A stretch of 64,000 nucleotides of DNA from Microgenomates bacterium OLB23 (GTDB taxonomy: Bacteria > Patescibacteriota > Microgenomatia > UBA1406 > HO2-37-13b). Location: contig LMZU01000001.1 of the NCBI GenBank assembly GCA_001567245.1, positions 14,235 through 78,234 on the forward strand, written 5' to 3'. The notes under the pieces are model-generated. The model did no database searches. It saw only the letters and a program-made list of their open reading frames with translations, and was not told where the DNA came from. Made by a program: the position numbers and the translations under genes. Position 1 is the stretch's first letter, and every line of letters begins with the position of its first letter. This document shows positions 15,970 through 25,917 of this stretch, piece by piece.

Positions 15970-17811
15970 GCTTTCGCACCTACTAAAGCTACAAATTCAT
16001 CTTCATCCATGCTCTCTGTTTTTAGCAGAGCTTCGGCAACTTTGTCTAGTTGTGCACGATGTTTTTTAATAAGTGCTATAGCATCTTTATAGCATGTATG
16101 GATTATCTTTTGCACCTCCATATCAATTTTGTTCATTGTTTCTTCTGACAATGAGTTTTGACCATAATAGCCTCCCCAGTTTGTAATGTCTTGACTTGCT
16201 CCAAAATTAATGGGGCCAAGGTCACTCATGCCATAGTCAACTACCATCGCGCGTGCAATTGAGGTTGCCTGGTCAAAGTCGTTAGATGCTCCGGTGGTAA
16301 TATCGCTAAATACCACCTCTTCAGCGGCGCGGCCGCCAAGCATAGATGTAATCATGCGCAGCAAGCGAGTTTTGGTTTGATGCAGCCTATCTTGACTTGG
16401 AGGAATAAGTGTGTGACCAAGCGACATGCCGCGAGAAACAATTGAAATACGATGTACCGGATCGGTGTCGGGTTGAAAGTGTGTGACAATGGCGTGACCT
16501 CCTTCGTGGTAGGCAGTAATTTTTTTGTCGTTTTCTCCCTGCAAACGCTTCTTTTCAGGTCCAAGTTTAACCTTTGTTGCTGACTCTTCTAGATCGGCCA
16601 TAGTAATAGATGTTCTGTTATTGCGAGCACCTTGAATGGCTGCTTCATTAAGCATGTTCTCAAGGTCTGCACCAGAAAAACCTACAGTGCGGCGGGCAAT
16701 TTTGTCCCACGATACGTCTTTGGCAAATGGCTTATTGCGTGCATGAATTTTAAGTATCTCTTTGCGACCCTCTAAGTCTGGGTAGTCTACAATGACACGA
16801 CGGTCAAAACGACCGGGGCGCAGCAGAGCAGGGTCTAGAAGATCGCCCCTATTTGTTGCAGCAATAACAATGACTTTATCATTAGGAGCAAACCCATCCA
16901 TTTCTACAAGAATTTGATTAAGGGTTTGCTCGCGTTCATCATGAGCAGGCATAGCACCCGCTGAGCGGGTGCGGCCAATAGCATCGATTTCATCGATAAA
17001 AATAATTGCGGGCGCGTCTTTTTTTGCTGTTGTAAAGAGGTCGCGCACGCGCGCTGCTCCGATACCAACCAGCATCTCCATAAATTCAGAACCGGCAATA
17101 GAAAAGAATGGTACATTGCTTTCACCAGCAACTGCCTTTGCAAGTAATGTCTTGCCCGATCCGGCAGGCCCCACGAGAATAACTCCTTTAGGCGGCCGCG
17201 CTCCTAGTTTGCTGTATTTTTTTGGATTCTTTAAAAAGTCTACAATTTCTTCTAGTTCTTTTTTGGCTTCATCTACACCAGCCACATCTTTAAAGGTTAT
17301 ACCAGACATATTTTTTGAGTACCGCTTAGATTTTGCCTGCCCAAATGAGAAAATTGAATCTTGTGCGCCACGGGCTTGTCTAAAAATGAACATAAAAAAA
17401 GACAATAACAAGAATAGTAGGTATTACATTAATAATAAAACTTGATAACAAAGAGGTATCTTCGTTAGTTTTAACCTCCACGTTAACCTTATTTGGATCT
17501 ATGCCAGATTCCTGTAAAAATTTTTTCTAAAGCTATCTTCGGTTTCTTTTTTTGTTACTGCGCGTTCCTGGTTTTTATACAAAACAATAAATGTGTTACC
17601 AGATCGTTCTATTTTTTCTACCTTGCCAGCCTTAATATCATCAATCACTGCACTTATTGACTTTTCTTTGATAAAATTCTCCAATCCAGAAGAGCTTGCT
17701 ATAGCAGTAAAAAGAAACATCAATATAAGAATTGCTATAAAAACTGTACGAATGTTGAGTTTGATTTTTAAGTTAAACACTTTTTTTTGGTGGAGTTTGT
17801 GATTTGGCCAT
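15966..17811 (-). CDS. ftsH: ATP-dependent zinc metalloprotease FtsH; two frameshifts in assembly
   Basis: Track ORFs 15966..17411 (AAA Walker [14 protein letters not shown] zinc site) and 17499..17780 (TM1 plus periplasmic domain). They join via an indel in A5/T6 17516-17526 (...EDSFRK|[16 protein letters not shown]...). The likely true start, ATG 17811 ([10 protein letters not shown]), joins if T8 17781-17788 is read as T7. Confidence 0.9.
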
Positions 17812-17858
17812 AGAACCCTTATTGTAGCAGATTTTGATAAAATTTGAGTAATAAAACT

Positions 17859-18945
17859 ATGAAAATTGTGTCACTGACCAAAAAAACATATATAAAACCA
17901 TTGAGCAAACCATTCAGATCTTGCAGCAAGGTGGTTTGGTAATTGTGCCATCCGATACCGTATACGGAGTTTCGGTTGATGCAACAAATCAAGAAGCTGT
18001 AAAAAAGTTGATTAATTTTAAATCACGTCCACCCGGAAAGGCTATATCAGTTTTTTGCGGCACCATTGAAAGGTTAAAAGAATACGTAGAAGTTTCACCA
18101 GCTCAAGAAAAGTTGCTCCATAAGTTACTCCCTGGCCCCTATACAATGGTAATGCATTCAAAGCATAAAGTGAATGCTCTTATCGAAGCAGAGAACGGAA
18201 CACTTGGCGTGCGTATTCCTGATGCAGATTTTGCTAATGATCTTGTTAACGCGTATAATGCGCCAATAACAGCTACTTCTGCTAACAAGGCAGGGCAGTC
18301 TCCTCACTATTCTGTAGATGCTCTTCTCAATTCTCTTTCTGATGAAAAAAAACAGCTTATTGACCTTATTGTAGATGCAGGTAAGCTGCCAATTCGTAAA
18401 CCGTCAACAGTTATTGACATGACAAAAGATGAAATGAAAGTACTAAGAGAAGGTGATTTTACAAGTCTTTTGCAGCTGCAAGGTAGCAGAGAAGAACTGG
18501 ATTCAGAATCTGAAGAAGAAACAAAAAACATTGCGCGCGCATTGATTGAAAAAAATTACATGCGCGCAAAACACAAGCCTTTGGTGTTTATATTTTCCGG
18601 CACCTTGGGAGCCGGAAAAACAGTTTTGTAAAATCTATGGCAACGTATCTTGGGTTGCGCGATGTAGTATCGCCAACATTTGTTGTGTATTACGAGTACG
18701 ACGTGCAACACAGCACTATTAAAAAACTTATCCACGTTGATTTATATCGATTAAAAGAAGAGGTAGAGTTTGCACACCTTGGCCTTGGTGAATATCTTCA
18801 GCCTGGGAATATAATGTGCATTGAATGGAGCGAAAAATCAGAGGCATTTTTGCAGCAAGTTAAAGATAATGCACTTTTTATTTACATAGATATTACATAT
18901 ACGGGTCCACAGTCGCGCCATATTACCATTCAGCGTAACTTTTAA
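17859..18945 (+). CDS. TsaC/Sua5 (YrdC domain) fused to TsaE (t6A pathway); two frameshifts in assembly
   Basis: YrdC motifs VIVPSDTVYG and TATSAN run in-frame, with no stop and no ATG, into a TsaE N-terminus (SEEETKNIARAL...FSGTLGAGKT). TsaE continues in ORF 18637..18945 (VSPTFVVYYEY) if T4 18624-18627 is read as T5. The N-terminus MKIVSLTKK joins if A7 17880-17886 is read as A8. Confidence 0.75.
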
Positions 18946-18946
18946 T

Positions 18947-19985
18947 ATGAACATTCTTGCCATTGATACATCGTGCGACGAAACAGCTGCTGCAGTTACA
19001 CAACACAGTCGTGTTTTTATCGAACATTACTTACTCGCAAATACTTATGCATAAGCAATATGGTGGTGTTGTTCCAGACATAGCTCGTCGCAATCACGAA
19101 GAACATATAGATGAGGTTGTACAAAAAAGCTTTAAAAATCTGCTCGCATTACAATGTCTAGTATTGATGCGGTGGCTGTTACCTATGGTCCTGGGCTTGC
19201 AATTGCCCTTGGTGTGGGTATTAATAAAGCTAAAGAACTTGCAACTAAATATAAAAAAACCTCTCATTCCTGTTAATCACATGGAAGGGCACATTTATGC
19301 CTGTCTTGCAGAGAATTCAAAGGGCACGCCGCATAAGAGTATTCTGTTTCCTTGTCTTGCGGTGCTTGTTTCTGGTGGTCACACAGAACTTGTCTATATG
19401 AAAGATCACTGTGCTTATGAGGTTATTGGTAAAAAGCGCGATGATGCTGCTGGCGAAGCGCTCGATAAGGCAGCGCGCATTATATTAAACGAACATATTT
19501 ATCCAGGAGGTCCGGTTATTGAAGAACTAGCGTTAAAAGGAGATGAAAACTATCTCAAACTTCCAGTTCCTATGCTTCATAGCAAGGATTTAGATTTCTC
19601 ATATTCTGGTATTAAAACTGCTCTTTTGTATGCTGTTCAAGAAATGGGCGACGAAGCACGAATTGAACATATGTCTGATCTTGCTGCTTCCTTTCAAAGG
19701 ACGGTGTTTGCAGGTATTGATCTAAAGTTAAAAGCAGCTCTCGATCAATACAAAGTTGCATCAATTCTTGTTGGTGGTGGTGTTGGAGCAAACAAATATA
19801 TGAGAAACATGCTGCGAAGAACAGCCAAGAAAAAATAACATTCCTATGTACATACCCTATACAAAAAACTATATGGCGATAATGCAGCAATGATTGGTGT
19901 TGCAGCATACTACAAAGGATTAGGAGCACAAGCAAAGGATTTTGATAATGTGCAGAGAAGTGCCCGTGCAGAATTGGGGTTATGA
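18947..19985 (+). CDS. tsaD: tRNA N6-adenosine threonylcarbamoyltransferase TsaD; five frameshifts in assembly
   Basis: MNILAIDTSCDETAAAV...YGGVVPDIARRNHEEH...[17 protein letters not shown]...PVNHMEGH...YGDNAAMIG reconstructed across runs at 19014-18, 19134-38, 19253-59, 19830-35 and 19863-68. Track ORF 18957..19838 is partly out of frame. Confidence 0.85.
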
Positions 19986-19992
19986 ATTTGAT

Positions 19993-20015
19993 CCCCGGCG
20001 CCGTAGGCGCCGGGG
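19993..20015. terminator. GC-rich hairpin between convergent tsaD and cassette C (possible bidirectional terminator)
   Basis: CCCCGGCGC-cgtag-GCGCCGGGG, a 9-bp stem. The flanking T-tracts are weak. Confidence 0.45.
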
Positions 20016-20027
20016 TTGTAGCACGGA

Positions 20028-20219
20028 TCATGGCCGAATCGCAATGCTCAGGTTATTTTCCCTGGCATATTGATCGGCCTCAGCTTCCGAGGTAAACTTC
20101 TTGGCACCTTGGAGTCTGTTGGTGATTCCATTGCCCTCCGTCAAGTAGAAGCATCCGAAAATTCCATAGGCTGTCACGAACACGTAGGTAGTTCCAACCT
20201 TAAGAAGTTCGACATTCAT
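20028..20219 (-). CDS. small GC-rich cassette protein C (63 aa), same family
   Basis: Track ORF 20028..20294 trimmed to ATG 20219, which is preceded by AAAGAGG (SD). MNVELLKVGTTYVFVTAYGIFGCFYLTEGNGITNRLQGAKKFTSEAEADQYARENNLSIAIRP. Confidence 0.6.
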   Translation of the reverse strand: MNVELLKVGTTYVFVTAYGIFGCFYLTEGNGITNRLQGAKKFTSEAEADQYARENNLSIAIRP

Positions 20220-20265
20220 TGTGTGCCTCTTTGTTTGGTGCTTCCTACCGGATGTAGGAGTAACA

Positions 20266-20294
20266 AGTATATCAAAATATAACAAAGAAGGCAA
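20266..20294 (-). promoter_or_regulatory. sigma70-type promoter of cassette C (-35 TTGCCT, 17 nt, -10 TATACT)
   Basis: rc of 20289-20294 is TTGCCT and rc of 20266-20271 is TATACT. Confidence 0.55.
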
Positions 20295-20301
20295 TTTTGA
20301 A

Positions 20302-20376
20302 GGTGGCGGGGGGGAGGATCGAACTCCCGACCTGTCGCTTATGAGACGACCGCTCTAACCACTGAGCTACCCAGCC
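20302..20376 (-). tRNA. tRNA with CAU anticodon (Met; an Ile2/lysidine or initiator role cannot be excluded)
   Basis: rc: GGCTGGG-TA-GCTC-AGTGGTTA-GAGC-G-GTCGT-CTCATAA-GCGAC-AGGTC-GGGAG-TTCGATC-CTCCC-CCCCGCC-A. There is one acceptor-stem mismatch (T4:C69). Confidence 0.8.
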
Positions 20377-20403
20377 TAAAACCACTTATATTATAATATA
20401 CGC

Positions 20404-21034
20404 ATGGCCAATATCGTTGCTATCTTCGCCCATCCTGACGATGAGTCTTTTGGCCCAGGCGGTACACTTGCCACATTGTCTCAAAACAACACTGTTTACA
20501 CCATATGTGCAACATCTGGAGATGCAGCTGGTGACCCCAATGTTCGAGAGAGTGAACTTAAGAAAGCGTGCAGTCACCTTGGTATTAAAGAAGTATTCTT
20601 TCTTAGGTTTCAAGATGGAACTCTTTCTAATGCGCAGTATCATCAAATAGCAGAAGCAGTGCAAGTAATATTAGATAAACTTAAACCCGCGACGGTAATT
20701 ACCTTTGAACAAAGGGGCGTATCGGGTCACATTGACCACGTGGTAATGTCGATGGTGACTTCGTTTCTTTTTGAAAAGCTACCTTATATTGGTGAGGCAT
20801 GGTATTTTTGCATTAGTAAGGAGCACAAAAAAACTGCTAGGTGAATATTTTATATACATTCCCGATGGTTATGCTAAAAGCGAAGTAGACATGGTTGTAG
20901 ATGTGTCTAACGTGTGGCCTGCCCGAATGGAGTGTGTAAACTGCCATCAGTCTCAAATACACGATGTCGATCAGGTGAAGAAAATTCTTCAGCGCCTACC
21001 AAAAGAAGAATACTTTCTGGTGAAGAAAAAATAA
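20404..21034 (+). CDS. PIG-L/LmbE family N-acetylglucosaminyl deacetylase; one frameshift
   Basis: MANIVAIFAHPDDESFGPGG... (AHPDDE motif), then HxDH. ORFs 20404..20844 and 20771..21034 join if A7 20827-20833 is read as A6. TATAAT 20392-20397 lies 6 nt before the ATG. Confidence 0.8.
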
Positions 21035-21538
21035 TTACTGGTTTTTGTATTTTCCGAGGTAGGGAAGTGATTGAATTTTGCCAGCTAGATAATCTTGATA
21101 TAAAATAAGATCGTCATAGTGATCAAAGGCAACAGTCTGTTCGTCTGGTAAAGTATTCACATCAAACCATTCGAGTGCGGTAACTTCGCAATCGCTTTCG
21201 CCTGTTTTATCTAGTGCTTTTGTTATAAAAACAAACTCAATGTTTTGTCGTTCTTCGCCAGATCGATCTGGATTGTCTTTAATATGTAATAGCGTGAAAT
21301 CACCTACATTCCATCCACTTTCTTCCATAATTTCCCTTCTAAGTCCTTCAACAAGCGTTTCATCTCTTCCCATAAAACCACCAAGAAGTGACCATTTTCC
21401 GGCTTCCAAAAGTGGCTTTCCATTGGCGAGTGTGCCGCGTTTGCCGAGAAGAATTTTACCGTCTTTCACTACAACGGCGTTGACAGTAACATGTCGCAGT
21501 TTTCCTTTTCCGCCATCCTCAAATTCGCACGTTATCAT
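21035..21538 (-). CDS. NUDIX hydrolase
   Basis: 167 aa intact, with Nudix box GGFMGRDETLVEGLRREIMEESG. Confidence 0.85.
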   Translation of the reverse strand: MITCEFEDGGKGKLRHVTVNAVVVKDGKILLGKRGTLANGKPLLEAGKWSLLGGFMGRDETLVEGLRREIMEESGWNVGDFTLLHIKDNPDRSGEERQNIEFVFITKALDKTGESDCEVTALEWFDVNTLPDEQTVAFDHYDDLILYQDYLAGKIQSLPYLGKYKNQ

Positions 21539-21557
21539 ATTTTTTGAGAAAAGTTTG

Positions 21558-21631
21558 TCGGGGTAGCGGGACTCGAACCCACGACCTCACGCTCCCAAAG
21601 CGCGCACTCTAGCCATCTGAGCTATACCCCG
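21558..21631 (-). tRNA. tRNA-Pro (anticodon UGG)
   Basis: rc: CGGGGTA-TA-GCTC-AGATGGCTA-GAGT-G-CGCGC-TTTGGGA-GCGTG-AGGTC-GTGGG-TTCGAGT-CCCGC-TACCCCG-A. G37 is typical of tRNA-Pro. Confidence 0.85.
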
Positions 21632-21689
21632 AGTACGATATAGTATAACATAGGCATTCTTCTGCTATGCTATAATGAGGAACGTTTTT

Positions 21690-22342
21690 ATGTTTAGAGG
21701 GGCATTTTACAACAGCTATATTAAGCGCGTGCTTGACATTGTGCTCGTCCTAATAATAGGAGTAGTGTTTTTACCCATCTCACTCATAGCAGCAATTCTC
21801 ATAAAAATAACCAGTAAAGGCCCCATACTTGCGGATGTACCAAACCGTGTCGGAAAAGATCAGAATACATTCAAAATGTATAAATTTAGATCAATGATAC
21901 TCAATGCGCATCAACTACTTCGTGAAGATGAAAAGTTTAAACAGCTTTATCAGCAGTATAAAAATGGTAGTTACAAGCTTAAGCAAGACCCGCGCATTAC
22001 ACCCATTGGCAGATATATTCGCAGACACTCTATAGACGAAATACCACAGTTTTTAAATGTATTAAAAGGCGAAATGAGCATAGTGGGGCCACGCGCATAC
22101 TACCCAGACGAACTAGAAGAACAACAAAAAAATATCCAGAAACCAAAAAACTCGTAGCAAAAGTGCTGTCTGTTCGTCCAGGAATAACCGGTTTGTGGCA
22201 GGTGTCAGGAAGATCTGATGTAAATTTTGACAAGAGGGTTGCAATAGATGCCCAATATGTGGATAATATGTCTTTGTGGCAAGATATTAAAATAATTGTT
22301 AAAACTCCCTGGGCGATGATATCTGGCAAGGGAGCAGTTTAA
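21690..22342 (+). CDS. polyprenyl-phosphate glycosyl-1-phosphate transferase (bacterial sugar transferase, initiating enzyme); one frameshift
   Basis: KRVLDIVLVL...YKFRSM...DEIPQFLNVLKGEMSIVGPRA then ...VRPGITGLWQVSGRSD. The frames join via the A7 run 22126-22132. ATG 21690 follows GAGGAA; the track start is 21675. Confidence 0.85.
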
Positions 22343-22346
22343 GCTT

Positions 22347-24305
22347 ATGTTAGGACTACTTGAGAAAAGACGATCATTCAGAAGAAAACCAGGATTTAAA
22401 TTTTCTTTCAATAAAAAAGGCGCAGGTGTTGTGCTTGTAGGCTTGGTAGTGTTTCTTATAGTAGTAGGTGTTATTGGATACTTTGGTGTTTACAAACCTG
22501 CACAGAGCATGAAGGCCAAAGCTGAAGATGTTGCCGCAGCAGGAAAGTTGGTAAATGCGGCATTTAAAGAAAAACGACCTTGAAAAAGTTCAAAAAAGAG
22601 CTTGCTACAACAGAAGCAAAGTTTAATGACTTTAAAAAAGAAGCGCAAAGATTATATTGGATTAAGCCAATACCATTTGTAGGTAATTATGGAAAAGATC
22701 TTAATAATGCAGTCGATGCAGGCGGGTACCTTATTAGTGCCGCAAAAAAAACAATTACTGCAATAGAGCCACATGCCGATTTAATTGGTTTTAAAAAAGG
22801 CACAGACACCTCATTTATAGAAAAACCAGCAGAGCTAAGACTGCAAACAGCAGTACTTACACTTGACTCAATTGTAAAAGACGTAGATGCTATAGCAGAA
22901 GACATTGACCAGGCACGCATTAGAGTTGATCGTATTAATCCAAATAGATACCCAGAAAATTATAAAGGTGTTAAACTCCGCGAAAACATTGAGAAAGGAA
23001 TATCACAATTCGATGGTGTAGCATCGTTATTTGTCGATGCAAAGCCTTTCCTTAAGAACCTGCCCGATTTTCTTGGAGCTAAAGAAGAAAAAACATACCT
23101 TATTATATTTATGAATGACAAAGAACTACGACCAACAGGAGGCTTCATCACAGCATATGCAATATTTAAAGTAAATAAAGGCAAGTTCGAGGTAGTTCGT
23201 TCTGACGACATATATACACTAGATGCATCAATAGCAAAACACCCAAAAGCTCCAGAAAAAAATTCTTGCATATCATAAAGGTGTGAGTCAGTTTTTTATT
23301 CGGGACAGCAATTTATCACCAGATTTTATTGAATCAAATAAGCTATTTGATGAGCTATATCAAAAAAGCAGTCAAAAAGTTGAGTATGACGGCATTATTG
23401 CAATGGATACCTATGTCTTGGTTGATGCGCTCAAAATACTTGGAGACACCCAAGCCAGAGGGGTTAATTTTTCGGCAAACATAGATAAGCGATGCGATTG
23501 TCCGCAAGCAATATATACGCTCTTAAATGAGGTTGATAGACCAGTTGCATATATAAAGGCCGATAGAAAAGGCATTCTTGGCGACCTTCTCTTTGCGGTT
23601 ATGCAAAAAGCTCTTGGCTTTTCTCCTAGCAAATATTGGGGCAGACTTTCTCAAGAAGTACTCATGAAAAACCTTAACGAGAAACACATTCTTATGGACA
23701 TGAAAGATAAAGAAATTCAAAATTCACTAGAAGCACTCAATTTTGCGGGTAGAATTAAATCTAGCGAGGAAAATGTTGATTACCTGCATATTAACGATAC
23801 AAACTTTGCTGGGGCAAAGTCTAACCTTTTTGTAGATCATGAAATTCAGTCTGCCACAGAAATTGCCAACGATGGCACCGTGACACGAAAGCTCACCATA
23901 AACTATAAAAATCCCCATAAGCACTCTAACTGTAGCTTAGAAGAAAGTGAAATATTAGGTGTTGGAGGGCTTTGTATTAATGCTACACTGCGTAACTGGT
24001 TGCGCGTATATGTGCCAGAAGGTAGCAAACTTGTTTCTTTTAATGGATCTGAGAAAAAAACTCTTACCTATGATGACCTAGGAAAAACCGTATTTGAAGG
24101 ATTTTTAGGGGTACAACCTATGGGCAAAGCTACCGTTACCATTGAATATACCTTGCCCTTTAAGGTAGAAAACAAAAATGAATATCGGCTTATTGTGCAA
24201 AAACAGCCTGGAACAGCAGGGCACGAGTTCGCAGCCACGCTTAATGGCAAAAAAATTATTGACTCTAAACTAACCAGAGATCTTTCGTACAGTGGCAAGA
24301 AATAA
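22347..24305 (+). CDS. DUF4012-like membrane-anchored extracytoplasmic protein; two frameshifts
   Basis: Three track ORFs (22347, 22580, 23283) join at A5 22570-22574 and A7 23256-23262. It has an N-terminal TM and a YLIIFMNDKELRPTGGFITAYAIF motif like DUF4012, recalled from memory. Confidence 0.7.
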
Positions 24306-24310
24306 TCTTA

Positions 24311-24838
24311 ATGAAAAGCCTTAAGCACGTATCCGAACGCGGTATAGTGCTCAAAAAACACAAACTACCCAATCAAAATGTTTCTCTTACAGTCTTTACA
24401 GAATTTAGTGGAAAGATATATCTGTTTGCCTATGGTGTACGAACAATTACCAGCAAGAGGCTTTCACACTTAGAAACAGGCAACTATCTTTCTATATCAT
24501 ACAAAAACGAAGATGGAAGATTGTATTTATCTGAGACAGAGCTAATTTATGGGTATTCAAAAGTTAAAGATAATCCAACTCGCCTTGAAAAAATGTATAC
24601 AGCGCTGCTTTTTTTACAAAAAATTTTGCCAGAAAACGAGCCAGAAGTAGATGTTTTTAATGTCACGCTTGAGTATTTTAAGGAGCTTAATAATAAAGAC
24701 GTAAGAGTAAACCAAGAGGAAGACTTTATAGGAACTTGTCTTATTAGGCTGGGTTACATAGACGAGTCAACTCAGACACAGCAGAATTTTGATGTATATG
24801 AGTTTGTCAGGCAGCTTATTAATCTTAAACTTAGGTAA
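24311..24838 (+). CDS. recO: RecO-like recombination mediator (short form)
   Basis: 175 aa. The N-terminal OB-like pattern ERGIVLKKHKLPNQNVSLTVFTEFSGKIYLFAYGVRTITSKR resembles RecO. This is a weak assignment. Confidence 0.5.
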   Translation: MKSLKHVSERGIVLKKHKLPNQNVSLTVFTEFSGKIYLFAYGVRTITSKRLSHLETGNYLSISYKNEDGRLYLSETELIYGYSKVKDNPTRLEKMYTALLFLQKILPENEPEVDVFNVTLEYFKELNNKDVRVNQEEDFIGTCLIRLGYIDESTQTQQNFDVYEFVRQLINLKLR

Positions 24839-25917
24839 GCTCTTCGTGCTCTGTGCCCTCAAACGATTCGACCAGTTTTTTTACTTTTGGTACCGATGAC
24901 TTTTTAGTTACCAGCAGTACATCACCGGTATTAATTATAAGTCCATCTTCAATATCTATGGCAACTACGAGCTTACCATCTTGATAGTTGTATACAAGTG
25001 AGTCAGAGGTGTCTTGAAGTAAAACCCTTCCCAGTGTAACATTGTCTTCGTCAGAGCTCTGTAGGGCTTCTTTTAATGCCTCCCAGGCTCCTACATCGCT
25101 CCAGCCAATATCATCTACTACAACACGTGCAAGTTCTGGCCTTATGCGCTCAGATATGGCATTGTCCATGTGTATGCTAGGAATTTGGCTGTAAAGATCT
25201 GCGAAGATATCATACTTATCTTTGTCATCAATAACCTTCAAAATTTTTTCTATAACGTTATATACCCCTGGTTCGAACTCTTTAAACAAAGAATATATAA
25301 ACTTAGGTGTAGAGGCAAAGCTTCCTAAGTTCCATGCATAATGTGAATCTGCAAAGTATTTTTGTGCGGTATTTTTATCGGGTCTGTATTTAAATCCACC
25401 AAACCCTAAAAAGTCTGTACCGTCTAGGGTTTCAACTGTTTCTTTGGTGTGAATCCAGCCTAAATTTTCGGATGCAAATCGGGGAGTGTGGCCAAAAAAA
25501 AATCATCCGTTCAGGATTTTTTGTTAAATACAAATCTGTGCTTGTAAGGATTTTTTTAAACTTGTCTACCTTTCTTATCCAGTGATCGCTCCACAACACT
25601 ACAACTGGCTCATTAGGGAATTTTTTTGCAAGAATACCCATAACAAGAGCCACAGCTGGCCCTACATCTTTACGGTGTGGCTCGCCTAAAATGTTTTGTG
25701 GTGGTATTGTGTTGAGTTGTGCTCTTACCAGATCGACATACTCTATGCCTGTTGCAATGTATATATCTTCTGTTTTTATTTCTGGTTGGAGAATGTCAAT
25801 GGTGAGCTGGAGAGTAGATTTGTCATCAATGACTTTTTCAAATTGCTTTGGAGAGTTTTTGCGTGAAAGTGGCCACAGGCGGGTACCTACTCCTCCGGCG
25901 AATATAACTGCTTTCAT
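24831..25917 (-). CDS. mannose-1-phosphate guanylyltransferase-like nucleotidyltransferase; one frameshift
   Basis: MKAVIFAGGVGTRLWPLSRKNSPKQF. ORFs 25432..25917 and 24831..25289 join in one frame if the 9-nt run 25494-25502 is read as 8. Confidence 0.8.

Noticed and set aside
16969-17445. 158-aa plus-strand ORF, plus other antisense ORFs inside ftsH, secA, lysS and ftsZ
   Set aside because: They lie entirely within strongly conserved genes on the other strand or frame, and no independent evidence supports them.
19990-20380. Integrative mobile element at tRNA genes
   Set aside because: There is no integrase, recombinase or transposase ORF, and I could find no direct repeat of the tRNA ends at the island borders. 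Island 1 lies on the 5' side of its tRNA. I kept it only as a hypothesis of ancient insertion.
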